NCBI RefSeq assembly: GCF_035084215.1
Contig: NC_090363.1
Location: forward strand, 3,844,001 to 3,908,000
Source of the DNA: Heptranchias perlo
Lineage: Eukaryota
Direction of reading: 5' to 3'
DNA length: 64,000 nucleotides
Shown piece after piece: positions 12,371 through 25,059 of the stretch (position 1 is the first letter of the stretch; every line of letters begins with the position of its first letter). Made by a program: the position numbers and the translations under genes. The notes below the pieces were generated by a model, which had not been told where the DNA came from, ran no database searches, and worked only from the letters and a program-made list of their open reading frames with translations.

Positions 12371-12922
12371 TTTCTTAAATGTTGCTGAATGAGTGGATTC
12401 TAGAATAATCAACAGTAGAATATATCGTCCCATGGTGACCAATGGAGTTCAAATCCCGTATCGAACACATTCTTGCCGGATGGGATAGGTCAAAATTGGG
12501 CCGTTAAACATTGCTGCTAAATTCACTCCATTCATGGAATCATACAGCATAGAAAGAGGCCATTCGGCCCATCGTGCCTGTGCCGTCTCTTTGAAGGAGC
12601 TATCCAATTAGTCCCACTCCCTCTGCTCTTTTCCCCCATAGCCTGATAAATCTTTCCTTTTCAAGTATTTATCCAGTTCCCTTTTGAAAGTTATTATTGA
12701 ATCTGCTTCCACCGCCCTTTCAGGCAGCGCATTCCAGATCGTCACAACTCCTGTAAAAAAAATGTGTCCTCACCTCCCCCCTCTGGTCCTTTTGCCAATT
12801 ATCTTAAAATCTGTGTCCTCTGGTTATGATCCTTCATGTGGAGATGCCGGTGATGGACTGGGGTGGACAAATGTAAGGAATCTTACAACACCAGGTTATA
12901 GCCCAACAATTTTATTTTAAAA

Positions 12923-12959
12923 TCACAAGCTTTCGGAGATTATCTCCTTCGTCAGGTGA
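12923..12959 (-). ncRNA. Minimal type I hammerhead ribozyme motif
   Basis: UCAC-CUGACGA-A-GGAGA-uaa-UCUCC-GAAA-GC-UU-GUGA on the minus strand. Confidence 0.8.
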
Positions 12960-13091
12960 GTAGTGAATGAGAGCTTCTCAAATCGCATATCTTATATTAG
13001 GCTGTCTGAACACCAACGACACCTTTGATTGGTGTGATGGTGTCCCAGCCTAATATAAGATATGCGATTTGAGAAGCTCTCATTCACTCAC

Positions 13092-13128
13092 TCACCTGAC
13101 GAAGGAGATAATCTCCGAAAGCTTGTGA
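13092..13128 (+). ncRNA. Minimal type I hammerhead ribozyme motif
   Basis: Stem I UCAC/GUGA, CUGACGA core, stem II GGAGA/UCUCC, GAAA, palindromic AAGCUU in place of stem III. Confidence 0.82.
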
Positions 13129-13523
13129 TTTTAAAATAAAATTGTTGGACTATAACCTGGTGTTGTAAGATTCCTTACAATGATCCTTGAGCCAGTGGAA
13201 ACAGGGTTCTCCTCATTCACTCCATCAATTGCTAATAGTGCGTTAAATTAACAAATAGTAATGGTCTGATTTAACACCGTTGTGTTTTTTTTTAAAAGGC
13301 AGTACACATGGAAACCAGCAGATTTATTTTGGAGATCTGTTCTGGAACTACTTTCTTGCTATTCTGGGTATGGCAGGACTCGCCCTCGGGTCCTGATGTA
13401 CTCTGACGCTGGAGCAAACCTCCTGGGTATTTCTGACACAGCAGCAAAGCGAAGCGGTGAAACAGAAGGACGAGGGCCAGCTGGACAGCTGTTGCGCCCA
13501 GTGAAAGGCACCGGAATCTGCCC

Positions 13524-14021
13524 ATGGCTTCCAAGAACCAGGCCGAGGGGCTGGCCGAGTATCTGAACTGCCCCATCTGCCTCGACCTCTTCACCGAGCC
13601 GGTGATCCTGGACTGCGGCCACAATTTCTGCCAGCACTGCATCAAGCGGTACTGGGAGGGCGGCGAGACCGTCTCCTGCCCCGAGTGCCGGAAGGTCTTC
13701 CGGGAGAGGAACCTGCGGCTCAACCGGGCGCTGGCCAACCTGGCGGAGAAGGCTCGCAACCTGATGCAGGCGCCCCGAGCCAAGGAGAGCGAGTGCCACC
13801 GCCAGGCGCAGCCCGAGCCCCAGCCCCAGCCCCGGGACCTCTGGCTCAGCCCCGAAGACAACCGGCTGAGGTTTTCCTGCAGGGAGCACCAGGAGGAGCT
13901 CAAGCTGTTTTGCGAGACGGACAAGGAGCTGATCTGCGTGATGTGCCTGGACGGGAGAGACGGGCAGAGTCACCGCTCCCACAACTTCATGCTGATCAGT
14001 GAAGCGGTCGAGATGTATAAG
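13524..14021 (+). CDS. TRIM gene 2 exon 1 (RING + B-box2), CpG-rich
   Basis: ATG in ccATGg context; donor aag|gttaaa at 14022. Confidence 0.92.
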
Positions 14022-17000
14022 GTTAAAATAACGTGTTCCCCGCGCCCGTCGTAACTTCGGCGTAAACCCCGTTTTATACACCGGGGAGGGCGATTTTAAA
14101 CTTTGGGGAAACTGTCTGGATCGGGTGCAAGTGCCTGTTTTACCCCTCGCCCGATTTTACTCCCCTAACGTGGGCTGGGGTGTAAAATCGGCGTTCCACC
14201 CGACGATGTGGGATTTCCCGTCTGGCTCGTCAGGTTAAAATGGCCCATGGGGCGCGTATAGGGGGGTTCCGCTGACATTACAGCGGTGCTCCCCCCCCCC
14301 CCCCCCGAGTGGGGGGAAAAGCCCCCAGGAAATTTATTCCTAAATTTAACACCGTGTTCAGTTTCTCTCCCCTTTAGCCAACAAGCACGTTGACCCTGTG
14401 AAACTCTGTTTGACTTTCAGGACAAACTGAAGTCATTGTCTGAAATCCTTAGGGCCAAGTCTGCTCTTCTGGAAGCTAAACTTACGCAGAAGCAGGTTTT
14501 AGAAGTCGGGGTAGGTTCCGTCTGTGCTGGGTTTTGAATTTTTATAGTTTATTCCCCCTTATTTTGGCCTGATGTTAAAGGTTTTTTTTGTTTTATAGGA
14601 TCAGACCAGCCAACTTCAGACCTTCGTTACGTCGGAATTTTCTAAAATGCACCAGGTCCTCATTAAGATGGAGACGCGTCTGATCAACGAGCTGAAAGAG
14701 AACGTGGAGAAGATCTCGGAGAGGCTGGAGAAAAACCTGCAGGACATTCAGGAAAATTTAAAGACCATTCAGCAGAAGCTGTCTCGATCGCAGACGCAGC
14801 TAAACCAGGAAGACACCATCGCCTTCTTGAAAGTAAGTATTTCGATTCGGAGCAGCGTTCGGAAAATTGACCCGCAGACAACGGGTTTAAAGTGTGAAGC
14901 GTCTCACGTACCTCGTCCACACGTCAACAGATTCTTCATCTTATTGATTGTTTCACATAATCTGAGGAACACGGCATCGTCACACGACACAAAAACTAAA
15001 ACCGAGAGCGGCTGCCCACATCCTAGAGACGTTTATCCAAGGACTTAGTTTTAAGGTGGTTTGTGTGTGGACCAATTCCTGGGATTGACATTTAAATTAC
15101 AACAGCTTGCATTTATACAGCACCTTTAACACTGTAAAACATCCCAAGGCGATTCACAGGAGCGTAATCAGACAAAACTTTACTTCAGCCAAAGAAGGAG
15201 CCATTAGGACAGGTGACGAAGCTTGCCCTGGATGGATTTCTTTTAATATAACTCCTTTCTCGACCCAAAGCGCTTCACAGCCAATGAAGTACTTTCTGAA
15301 GTGCAGTCACTGTTGTAATGTAGGAAACGCGGCAGCCAATTTGCGCACAGCAAGATCCCACACACAGCAATGTGATAAATGACCAGATAATCTGTTTTTT
15401 TTATTGATGTTGGTTGAGGGATAAATATTGACCAGGGAGATCTCCCCTGCTGTTCTTCGAAATAATGCCACGGGATCTTTTACTGAGAGGGCAGACGGGG
15501 CCTCGATTTAACGTCTCATCCAAAAGATGGCACCTCCGACAGTGCAGCACTCCCTCAGTACTGCACTAAAAGCTCGGTCAAAGAGGCAGGTTATAAACAG
15601 CACCTTTTAAAGGAGGAGAGAGAGGTGGCGAGGTTGAGGGAGGGAATTCCACAGATTATGGCCCAGCCAGCTGAAGGCACGGCCACCAACGGTGGGGTGA
15701 TGGCAGTGGGAGATGGGCGAGAGGCCACGAGGTGGAGGAATGCTGAGATCTCGGAGGATTGTAGGGCTGGAGATCTCACTACTAAGGCCTGCTATTGACA
15801 GTTAAATTACAAGAGTCCATTTGCAGTGACATGTTTGTATGCATTTGTGTTGCAGAGTGGCAGTGGGTATGATAATGAACATGCTTCTATCCACAGTGGG
15901 ACTGATAATGTGTATTTTTGCACAACTGTACACATAGATTGCTCTTTCATATGCACTTTTTTGAGATATCTGGGAGGCAATTTTAACCTCATCTGCCTGT
16001 CGGGAAACTGACGAGATCAGATGCAACGGTGGTTTTACACCTGGCCCGATTTTACTCTCCATTGGAGTAAACGGAGAGTGATGCTGAGCGAAGTGTAAAA
16101 CGGTGTTCCACCCGATCCCGTGGGATTCCCGCCCAGCAAGTTAGGTCAAAAATACCCCCATGGTGCCATCCAACAGGAATAATTAGTTTTTGTGCAGCAC
16201 AGATTCACCAGAATGACTCCAGGGCTAAAAGGGTTAAATTATGAGGCCAGGTTGCATAGACTGGGCTTGTATTCCCTCGAGTATAGAAGATTAAGGGGTG
16301 ATCTGATTGAGGTGTTTAAGATGATTAAAGGATTTGATAGGGTGGATAGAGAGAAACTATTTCCTCTGGTGGGGAGAGTCCAGAACAAGGGAGAATAACC
16401 TTAAAATTAGAGCCAGGCCATTCAGGGGTGATGTCAGGAAGCACTTCTTCACACAAAGGGTTGTTGAAATCTGGAACCCTCTTCCCCCAAAAAGCTGTTG
16501 AGGCCGGGGATCAATTGAAAATTCCAAAACTGAGATTGATGGATTTTTTTGTTAGGCAAAGATGTGAAGGGATATTGAACCGAGGCAGATAGATGGAATT
16601 GAGATACAGATCAGCCATGATCTAATTGAATGGCGGAACAGGTTCAAGGGGCTGAATGGCCTCCTCCTGTCCCAATGTTCTTGTGATACCTGTGGCGCGA
16701 TTTGTAGCAGTGTTCTTGCTGTACACTTCTGCCCCCCTTTCCGCCTCATCTATTATCGTCATACTCCTACCCTGAACTCAAATCCACCTTTTGTTGATTT
16801 TTAGGACCAAGCCGATCAGCCGACGAGGTAGGTGATGTTACTTACAGAGACTCTACACACAACCTAATATGTTCGATGTGCTCACTTCCACCGTGTAATG
16901 TTAATGTCTCTTTTATCAGTGAGGACCCTGGGCAGCTATTGTTGGCAGTCGATTGCTTGCCTCTGGGAATATTCCGAGGTCCTTTGCAATACACAGCGTG

Positions 17001-20000
17001 GAAGGAAATGGCCGGTAGTATCAGCCCTGGTGAGCAGTTTTCTACGTTCTCTCTCTCTCTCTCAATCGTTCAAATGCTCAGCAAGTAAATGCATTCAAGG
17101 GAGAAGGGGGGAATAAAGTGACCCGTCAAGCGTACGTGTTAACAACCTCTCCGCAATTGTGTCCGGTTGAATGTATCTAATAAACTGTCACACCAAGGGA
17201 GTGACCACAATGTCCTGGAAAAGTTACCATTTAAAGTAACCCTCTCGCCCTCAAGGCTAAAAGATAACCCTACCCCTGAGCAGAAACTGTTTTGGTTTCA
17301 CAGTGAAAAGAAGGCATTCTACAAATAAAGATGATTAAGTGTTTAAAATATCCGTTGTTCAAGGACAAATTGTCCTTTTTAAATTATACGCATCGAGCAA
17401 TCTGACCTTTTCTAATACATTGTTACGCACTGACCTAAACCAGTTGTACTTACGATGTAACAAGTACAATTACAGCGAGAGTGCAGTCGGTACGTCAACT
17501 AGCGTCAAGGTTTTATTTTTGAGGTTGGAGAGAGGGGGAGTAATTGTGTCCCTTCTTGAAATTCAGACTTATTTATTTCGCTCTGCAGGTGGACTGTTCT
17601 CGTTGCTCTTTTTAGCGGTTTGATTTTCCACCTCATCGGGTGTACTTTGCCGCATAAAGGGGCGAGTTTCCACTTTTGCCCTCGGGCAGTAGCAGCTCGC
17701 CCCCCCCCCCCCATTTTCATCCCTACCGGGGGTTTCGTTTCCAATGACATCAACGGAAACTAAAATCGGACGGGGGTGTAAAGTGTTTTTTTTTTGGGGG
17801 GTGGAATGGGGGAGGGGACTGGGACTTCCAGCTCACCCTAAACCTCTTCTGCTGGTTGTTAATAAGAACATAAGAAATAGGAGCAGGAGTAGGCCAATCG
17901 GCCCCTCGAGCCTGCTCCGCCATTCGATAAGATCATGGCTGATCTGATCCTAACCTCAAATCTAAATTCATGTCCAATTTCCTGCCCGCTCCCCGTAACC
18001 CCTAATTCCCTTTACTTCTAGATAATATCACGGGACTTGCTGCAGGAGCAGGGGCTGCAATTCTTAACCGACCATCTTTCTCTGGGGGGGGGGGGGGGGG
18101 TAGGGAGGTTGAGTGGGCCTCTTTGGGATGGGGTTATCTCCAAGATGTCATACCAGACGGTGGAAGATTGGAAAGAAAGAAAGACTTGCATTTATATAGC
18201 GCCTTTCACGACCTCAGGACATCTCAAATTGCTTTACAGCCAGTGAAGTACTTATGAAGTGTAGTCAATTTGGGCACAGCAAGATCCCACAAACAGCAGT
18301 GCGACAAATGACCAGGTCGGATGTTTTTAGTGATGGTAATGGAAATGGAGAGATAAATATTGTCCAGGACACTGCGGGGGGGATACCACTGCTCAAGGAA
18401 GGCAGTCAACCTCCCTGAGCATCCTGGGCAATCCTATACCAGGATCAGGCAAGTCTACTGTACTCTCTCCCCTCTCCTCTCGTCCAGCCTTAAAAGGAAA
18501 ACATTGACGTGCCAACCAAACTTGCTTTGCGTACACTCGCATTATAATTGTACTTAGGTTACATCGTAAGTACATCTGTGCGCAACAGTGCCTGCCTTAT
18601 TGATGGGATCTGGAAGAGTTGAACTGATACAGAAAGCTGGGATTTCTCCAAACTTGGCTGCAGATAACCCTGAAAACTAACCTGCTAACAGATCCAGGAC
18701 AGGCAACGGGAAGCTTCCCAGTGCTGGTTAAGTTCCAGCTGTACCGCAGCACAAACTTTGGGGCCCTTAACTCTTGCCAACCTAAGCTGTGCCTAAGCTG
18801 TCCTTAGTTGACTTGGGCTAGTAAGGTGTGTCCCCACGAGGAGACAGTGTGGAGTCTTGTGTTGCGTGAAGGGAACCTATGTCTTGTGTGGATTTCTCTG
18901 CAGTTTTGTTTGGAGGGTTTTAAGCTGTAGTTTCCGCTCGTGTCAGACACCTCCCTGTCCGAGAGAAATCTCAATGGGGATCGATATGACTGAAATCCAC
19001 CAGATGTTCATCGTTGGCACAAAACAATAATCTTGTAGTATGTCTACATTACCAGCAGGGGCCAGTGCAACACTGCACAATCAAAACACTGAGCCGGGGC
19101 ATCATTTTCAGGCTTGCTAACAATGGGGGCCTTACAGGAATATGTGGAAGGTTTCATCTTCTTTATAATACTTCATTCTATTAGCCCTTAGTCCAACAAT
19201 CCAAAGCAGTTTGTCCAGAGTTACATACCGTTAGAAATAAACACTTCATTGCTATTTACACACCTCTCGAACTTGTCTCCTTCCTGTCTCTGGGTATTTT
19301 TATACACACTGCCCTCTCAGCCTTTGATAAACTGCTGGCAATTTAATTGGAAATCATGAAGGTAACTTCGCCTGCGAGCAATCCTCTTGTGCAGCAACAC
19401 GATCCAATTTTGTCTCGATGGGAGGCAATTTTAACCTAACCCGTCCATCGGGGAACGTGACGGGATCGGGTGCGATGCTGGCTTTACACCCTGTCCGATT
19501 TTACTCCCCATTGAAGAGAACGGAAAGCAATATTGGACAGGGTGTAAAACCAGCGTTCCCGCCCGGAGAGTTAGGTTAAAATTACCCCCTCGCCTCGAAT
19601 CTCGTGTCTCCAGTTATTGATCAGTTGAATTTATAACTTAACTTGGAGCTAACATAGAACAGGGTTGCGATATTTTTTATGATAAATGAAATATCAGTAA
19701 TGTGTTGCAAAAGCATTCTCTTTGTATTTAGTGTCGCAGAATATTCAGAGCAAAATTTAAGCGATTCATATATTTCAATATTGAAATATTATCCGATAAA
19801 TAATAAAGCAAAGACACGATAGCTCTCTCAGAATGCTGTAATAGGCAGTGATGGCTCTTGCAGTAAGGTTTTGTTCTGTCATTTGGAAGGAATTTCACCA
19901 AAGAGTAGAATGTAATCTTTAACAAGACTATTTAGTGTTTGGATAAATCAAGGAAGAGCTGTACGAACCGCTAATCTCTTGTTTGTTTCTCTCCCTGCCA

Positions 20001-20549
20001 GTTCCAGCTTCTGTGACCCTGAACCCTAAGACGGCCCACTCTTGGCTCATCCTATCGGAGGACCTGACCAGCGTCAGATACGCAAACAAGCAGCAGCAGC
20101 TTCCCGACATCCCGGAGAGGTTCAACCCCTCTCTGTGTGTCCTGGGGTCTGAAGGATTCACGTCGGGCAGGCATTACTGGGAGGTGGATGTGGGAGAAAG
20201 CACCGAGTGGGACGTGGGAGTGGTGAAAGAGTCCATCAACAGGAAAGGAGACATCACGGCCATTCCGCAGGCTGGATATTGGATTGTGTGGCTGAGAAAT
20301 GGCAATGATTACAAGGCTGGGTCTCTGCCTCGCACCCGCCTCAGGCTGAGCGTGAGGCCCAGGAAGATCGGGGTGTACCTGGACTATGAGGGGGGGCAGG
20401 TGTCGTTTTACAATGCGGACAACATGTCCCATCTCCACACATTCATTGATCTTTTCACCGAAAAACTCCATCCTTTCTTCAGTCCTTGTCTGAGTGGGCA
20501 CGGGGAGAACTCCGAACCGCTGAGAATCTGCCAGGGCAAATTCCATTAA
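13524..20549 (+). CDS. TRIM gene 2: RING-B-box2-coiled coil-B30.2 E3 ligase (TRIM62/TRIM69/A33/XNF7-like), 500 aa; join 13524-14021, 14421-14510, 14599-14832, 16805-16827, 16920-17029, 20002-20549
   Basis: C3HC4 RING (CPIC..CGHNFC..C..CPEC), B-box CREH..C..CVMC..HRSH, coiled-coil exons, 23-nt microexon, GPLQYTAWK exon and PRY-SPRY; exon lengths total 1503 nt in frame. Confidence 0.93.
14599..14832 (+). CDS. TRIM gene 2 coiled-coil exon (234 nt)
   Basis: ttttatag acceptor and aaa|gtaagt donor; heptad L/I pattern. Confidence 0.9.
15098..15775 (-). mobile_element. L2 3' fragments with a nested Deu-SINE (15262-15568)
   Basis: acaacagcttgcatttata L2-type tail and ggagagagagg..agggagggaattcc L2 segment; SINE body gggatctttt..gcagcactccctcagtactgc. 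Confidence 0.72.
15975..16158. mobile_element. Harbinger-like MITE (family with GGGGCAATTTTAAC TIRs)
   Basis: TIRs ggaggcaattttaacct / aggtcaaaaatacccc; related copies at 14088, 19421, 21298, 22302, 33289, 34325, 49461 and 55868. Confidence 0.65.
16190..16682 (+). mobile_element. CR1/HER1-type LINE 3' fragment
   Basis: [40 protein letters not shown]; tail gggctgaatggcctcctcctg. Confidence 0.87.
19421..19589. mobile_element. Harbinger-like MITE
   Basis: ggaggcaattttaacctaac / gttaggttaaaattacccc inverted ends. Confidence 0.7.
20002..20549 (+). CDS. TRIM gene 2 terminal B30.2 exon
   Basis: ctccctgccag acceptor; [25 protein letters not shown]; stop TAA. Confidence 0.93.
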
Positions 20550-20672
20550 CGCCGAAAAGCTCAACCCCAATAATTTTCGTCTCCTGAGGCTCCCCTTCAG
20601 GTTCTCTTTACTCTCTCGTACTTTGTTAAATCAAAGAATCTTGCAGGCCGGATATGGCCCATTGGGCTCATC

Positions 20673-20858
20673 GGGGGGTGAAATTGGACATGGGAGGGGG
20701 AGGCAAATCAGGCAGAATCGCGGTCGCTGCCTGTTATACCTCACTCCCGATATTCAGTGCTATTGAAGTCAGCGGAACTAAATATCGGGGCGTATAATGG
20801 GCGACCGATGCAATTCTGCTGGTTTCACGCCCCCGCCCCCATGTCCAATTTCACCCCC
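20673..20858. mobile_element. Harbinger-like MITE (GGGGTGAAATTGG TIR subtype) in the TRIM2 3' region
   Basis: ggggtgaaattggacatggg / cccatgtccaatttcacccc. Confidence 0.7.
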
Positions 20859-21297
20859 GTCTGTGCTGGTTTCTTTCGCCACGATTCCCTAGTCTAGTCA
20901 CAGTCTCTTGCCCCTCCCTCACAAACCTTAATATTCCACTTTTTGTAGCAGCTATCCTAATTCTCTTTTAAAAGAATGTATGGCTTAAGTCGGGTTGAGG
21001 TAGAGAATCCCCTATTCTAACCACACTTTGTGTCCTTTGGTTAGTGTTTACCGCCCATTGGGAATAATTCCCCACTATTTCATAACCCTTTTATAATGTG
21101 CAAGATATCTTTCAGGTCACTTCTTAATCTTCCCACAGTCCCAACTTTTCCAGTTAAATGCAGGCCCTGGTAACATCTTAAGATGCACCTTTTGCATTGT
21201 TCTTATATCTTTCTTAGAATGGGGTTCCCAAGATTGCACACAGTGCTCTGATTGTGACCTAATTGCGCAAATCTACTTCTGTATAATAAACACTTTA

Positions 21298-21488
21298 AGG
21301 GCAATTTTAACCTAACTCGCCCGTTGGGAAACTGACGGGATTGTGTGTTTCACACCCCACACCCCACCCCACCCCACACTACTCTCAGTTGAAGTCAACG
21401 GAGAGCGATATCGGGTGTGGTGTAAAAATGGCGTTCGACCCGATCCCCTGGGATTCCCACTGGGCGAGATGGGTTAAAATTGCCCCCT
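21298..21488. mobile_element. Harbinger-like MITE
   Basis: gggcaattttaacc / ggttaaaattgccc ends; internal ttgaagtcaa palindrome. Confidence 0.7.
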
Positions 21489-24400
21489 TTTAAGTTGTTA
21501 AAATCCAATGTGTGGCTGCCGACGGTGGCCACGATCTGCCGCGATTGCTGGCGCTCGGCTCCTCGTTCGACGTTTGTACGAGGACAGAAACCCCGCGATG
21601 TGATCGGGCCCTTCCTTGCTTGTCGGACGTGGGAGCGAGGTAACGCTCAACCCGGGAAGAGGAGATCACCGTGATCCCCAGCCTATAATTAGACTGGAGG
21701 GGAATGCATGCTGCCATGACCTGCCATTACATGAAGTAACGCCATCACAATCTTACCACACACCAGCGGATTCAGGAATGCTGTATGTTCCCGATCTTGG
21801 ATTTCTTTTTAAAGTTATACAAGGTTAATCACCAGTCGGTGAACGAATATTCAGTTTAATTTCGGATCCTGCTTGAATTATGCCCAGTATTCCCAGTAAC
21901 AATTCCCGCAGAATCTCCTCTCTCTGAAGTATTAATTGGGTAGGAATTCATCCTGGGACTGTAGGGCAAAGCGGGCAGTATCGCATCAGTCATAGAGTTA
22001 TACAGCACGGATAGAGGCCCTTCGGCCCATCGTGTCATGCACCCCGTCCAAAATTCAGTTCTATTGGCTTCAAGCAGAACTTATTATGGGGTGGGGCATA
22101 CAACGGGCAGTCAGTTCGATACCACACGCATTGCGCTACGGCCTCGGGTGAAATTTGTTGTTCGTATTCAGATCGTTTACCTTGCTCTTCGCTGCCGCAT
22201 CTCGTCTTGAGCGCTGAGCCGCAGCAGCCCCAGGGGTTGTGACTTCAGCACGTGGTGGAGAAGGGACCTCCTGCATCTGTTCATGGCACCATGACGCCAG
22301 GTGGGGGCAATTTTAACTCCCGTCGATGGTGCAAGATGGGCGACATCTGATTGGGCGCCAACGGAAAGGCAAACCGGGCGAGGTGCAGAATGGGCGGTTG
22401 ATCCGATATCATCCCATTGACACCGTCACAAGTTGAAATTGCCCCCCGTGGACGTGAATTGCTGACCACACGGTGGGACTGGGTGGATGTTTCTATTCCT
22501 GCCCCTCGATCTGTTGGATCACCTGTTGTAGTAAATGGTGGAGATGAGGTGGGGAGGGGGCCTCTGGGTGGTTTTGCATCCATGTTGTAGGTTGATGGGC
22601 AACAACAGGAGACCAACTTTATATTCACACGTACGTAAAAAGAACGGACAGAAAAAGACTGGCTGGTCCATCGAGTATATTCCATTCAGTCATGATACAA
22701 CTCAGTAACACGACCCCCAATATTCTGTACCCACCAGGAGCCATGTCATCTCCAGGGGGGAAAAGGTGCATTATAGACAACTCGGAGAGATAAAATCAAC
22801 TGAGCAGTTCCAGAATAACTGGATCTATTAAACTTAAGAAGAATGGATTTTTGCCTTTTATTGGGCAGACACGCCAGACCTGAGGAGGCGTTTGTGGAAA
22901 TCAGAGTGCGGTATTTAACATAGTTGGTCAAAATGGAGAAGTGACTGTGATAGTGAGGGAGGGAGGGGGGGGAGGGGGGGGAGGGGGAGGTTACACCGCA
23001 GTGAGATGTGGGAGAACAGCAGCTGGAGAAAGCTGCAGGAAACAACGAGAGGCCGGGAAAGGAGCAATGTTACGACTAAAGATCAACACACGAACAAGGC
23101 CAGCCCGTTGGATGGAGAGGTGCGTCTGGAAATGGAGGCCGGTGAAAGAGAGGCTGCTACCCTTTGAGGCATTAAAAGTAATAACTGGGACTCCAGTCCA
23201 CGCTGCACTTCCAGCAGCGCACTGAACCAGAGGGCGGAAAGCCCTGAACTCTATCTCGATTGTGTGACATCAATTGAAGTGATGCAGTTTTGTATCTTAA
23301 GGTCATCTTAATTGTGCAATTAATGTTGATTGTTGTGATTGTCACCTTGTTATGAAGCCCACCTTGTAACGCGCCGTAACAAAGATCATCACAGTTAGGG
23401 CTGTGCTATTGTAATTGTAGAAATGGAGCTTTTTATGATATTAGGGTGGTTTAGATTCTGTTACTTTAAATTCATTATATGCAGTGATCAAGGGGACAAC
23501 TTAATGGCTGATGCAGTGCCTTTTGCGATTAAATCTCTAACATTATCACAGCAAGTCTTGATTGTAGTTACATGAAACAGTTTTCAGTGCTACGTGTGGC
23601 AATCTAGTTCGGTACACAACAGGAATGCTCCCAGTCTGTATGGCTCGTAGAGGTCGGTATCTTTACTCCTATGGGATTGGGGGCAGCAGACACAGTCATT
23701 TCAAAGAAGCCCAACTGACAGTTCCCACCTTTTACCCATGATCGGTTAACCCTTCATTGTTCTTCATCCATTGCCATTCCCGGTTGTAGTATCGCCCCTG
23801 AAGAAGGAAAGACTGCTATTGGTCGCTGAGTGTTGTGAATATCATGAAGATTTCATCTGGTTGCTAATATAGCAAAGCTGTGAGTGTGTTATAAAAGAAC
23901 ATGTTAGCAATCTCACGCCAAATCAAGACAACAATTTGCATCTATATAGGGAGCTAGTTAGGGAGTTCAACTAAATAATATTTATTTATGGTATTTACTG
24001 AGGAAGAGATAAATACAGCCAGAACCTCTTGAAAGGAAAAGACAAAATACACAAGGTCCTGGGACAGCGTACTGGCAATTGGTTTAGGGAGGTCCTGAGG
24101 TAAGGTTTCAGCTTTTGTGTGGAATGGTCTTTGCGGGAGCCCAGGAAGATTAAAGTAATTAAACTGCGAAAAATCAAGAGAGGAAATATAAACCAACGCA
24201 TTTATTATCTCACTACACGTAGTGACCAGAGGGATAATTTCCCACCCCTTCTCCAAATATTTCATAGAATCATAGAATCATACAGCATAGAAGGAGGCTG
24301 TTCGGCCCATCGTGCCTGTGCTGGCACTTTGAAAGAGCTATTCAATTTCATCGGCTAGTTCACTCAGAAAATTGCTGATCTTGCGAGATGCTGAAACTGA

Positions 24401-24616
24401 GTTCATTTGATCGGCGGACGTCCTGAAAGAATAACTGTCTTAAATGTCATTAGGCACTTTTGACATTCCAACTAAAGAGGATTGGAAGAATCCGAGATGC
24501 CCAAATTGGATAAAACAGCAATATAACAAAAAATAGGGAACTGCATGGCTCAGTGTTCAGATACTGCTTCTCATCCTTGTCAGCCATTCTATATTTAAAA
24601 GATCAAAGCCATTCAT

Positions 24617-24960
24617 ATAAGAACATAAGAACATAAGAAATAGGAGCAGGAGTAGGCCAATCGGCCCCTCGAGCCTGCTCCGCCATTCAATAAGATCATG
24701 GCAGATCTGATCCTAACCTCAAATTTAAATTCATGTCCAATTTCCTGCCTGCTCCCCGTAACCCCTAATTCCCTTTACTTCTAGGAAACTGTCTATTTCT
24801 GTTTTAAATTTATTTAATGATGTAGCTTCCACAGCTTCCTGGGGCAGCAAATTCCACAGACCTACTACCCTCTGAGTGAAGAAGTTTCTCCTTATCTCAG
24901 TTTTGAAAGAGCAGCCCCTTATTCTAAGATTATGCCCCCTAGTTCTAGTTTCACCCATCC
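24617..24960 (-). mobile_element. CR1/HER1-type 3' fragment with (ttcttatg)n tail
   Basis: TRGHNLRIRG..RRNFFTQRVVGLWN; near-identical tail at 17862-18020. Confidence 0.85.
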
Positions 24961-25059
24961 CATAGCAGTTCGTACCTTGTAAGTGATATTTCCCACAACT
25001 CTAGGTTCACCAGACTTTGTAAATTTATTTTTCCAAGCTTCATGAAGTTCTGTACATCT

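Larger units (their letters stand above)
12835..13179. mobile_element. Penelope-like fold-back (inverted pLTR) element #1
   Basis: ~133-bp inverted arms 12872-13004 / 13046-13179 with about 2 differences; 9-bp TSD atgatcctt at 12826 and 13180; hammerhead motif in each arm. Confidence 0.85.
12535..13225 (-). mobile_element. CR1/HER1-type 3' tail interrupted by a Penelope-like insertion
   Basis: gaatcatacagc..ggccattcggccc tail; the host sequence tggtta..gccagtggaaacag resumes after 13188. Confidence 0.8.

Noticed and set aside
13292-14081. Long minus-strand ORFs (210 and 240 aa) over TRIM2 exon 1, and similar ones over other TRIM exons
   Set aside because: Antisense shadows of GC3-rich coding exons.
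23228-23246. agggc-ggaaa-gccct hairpin as a hammerhead
   Set aside because: No CUGANGA core or stem I.
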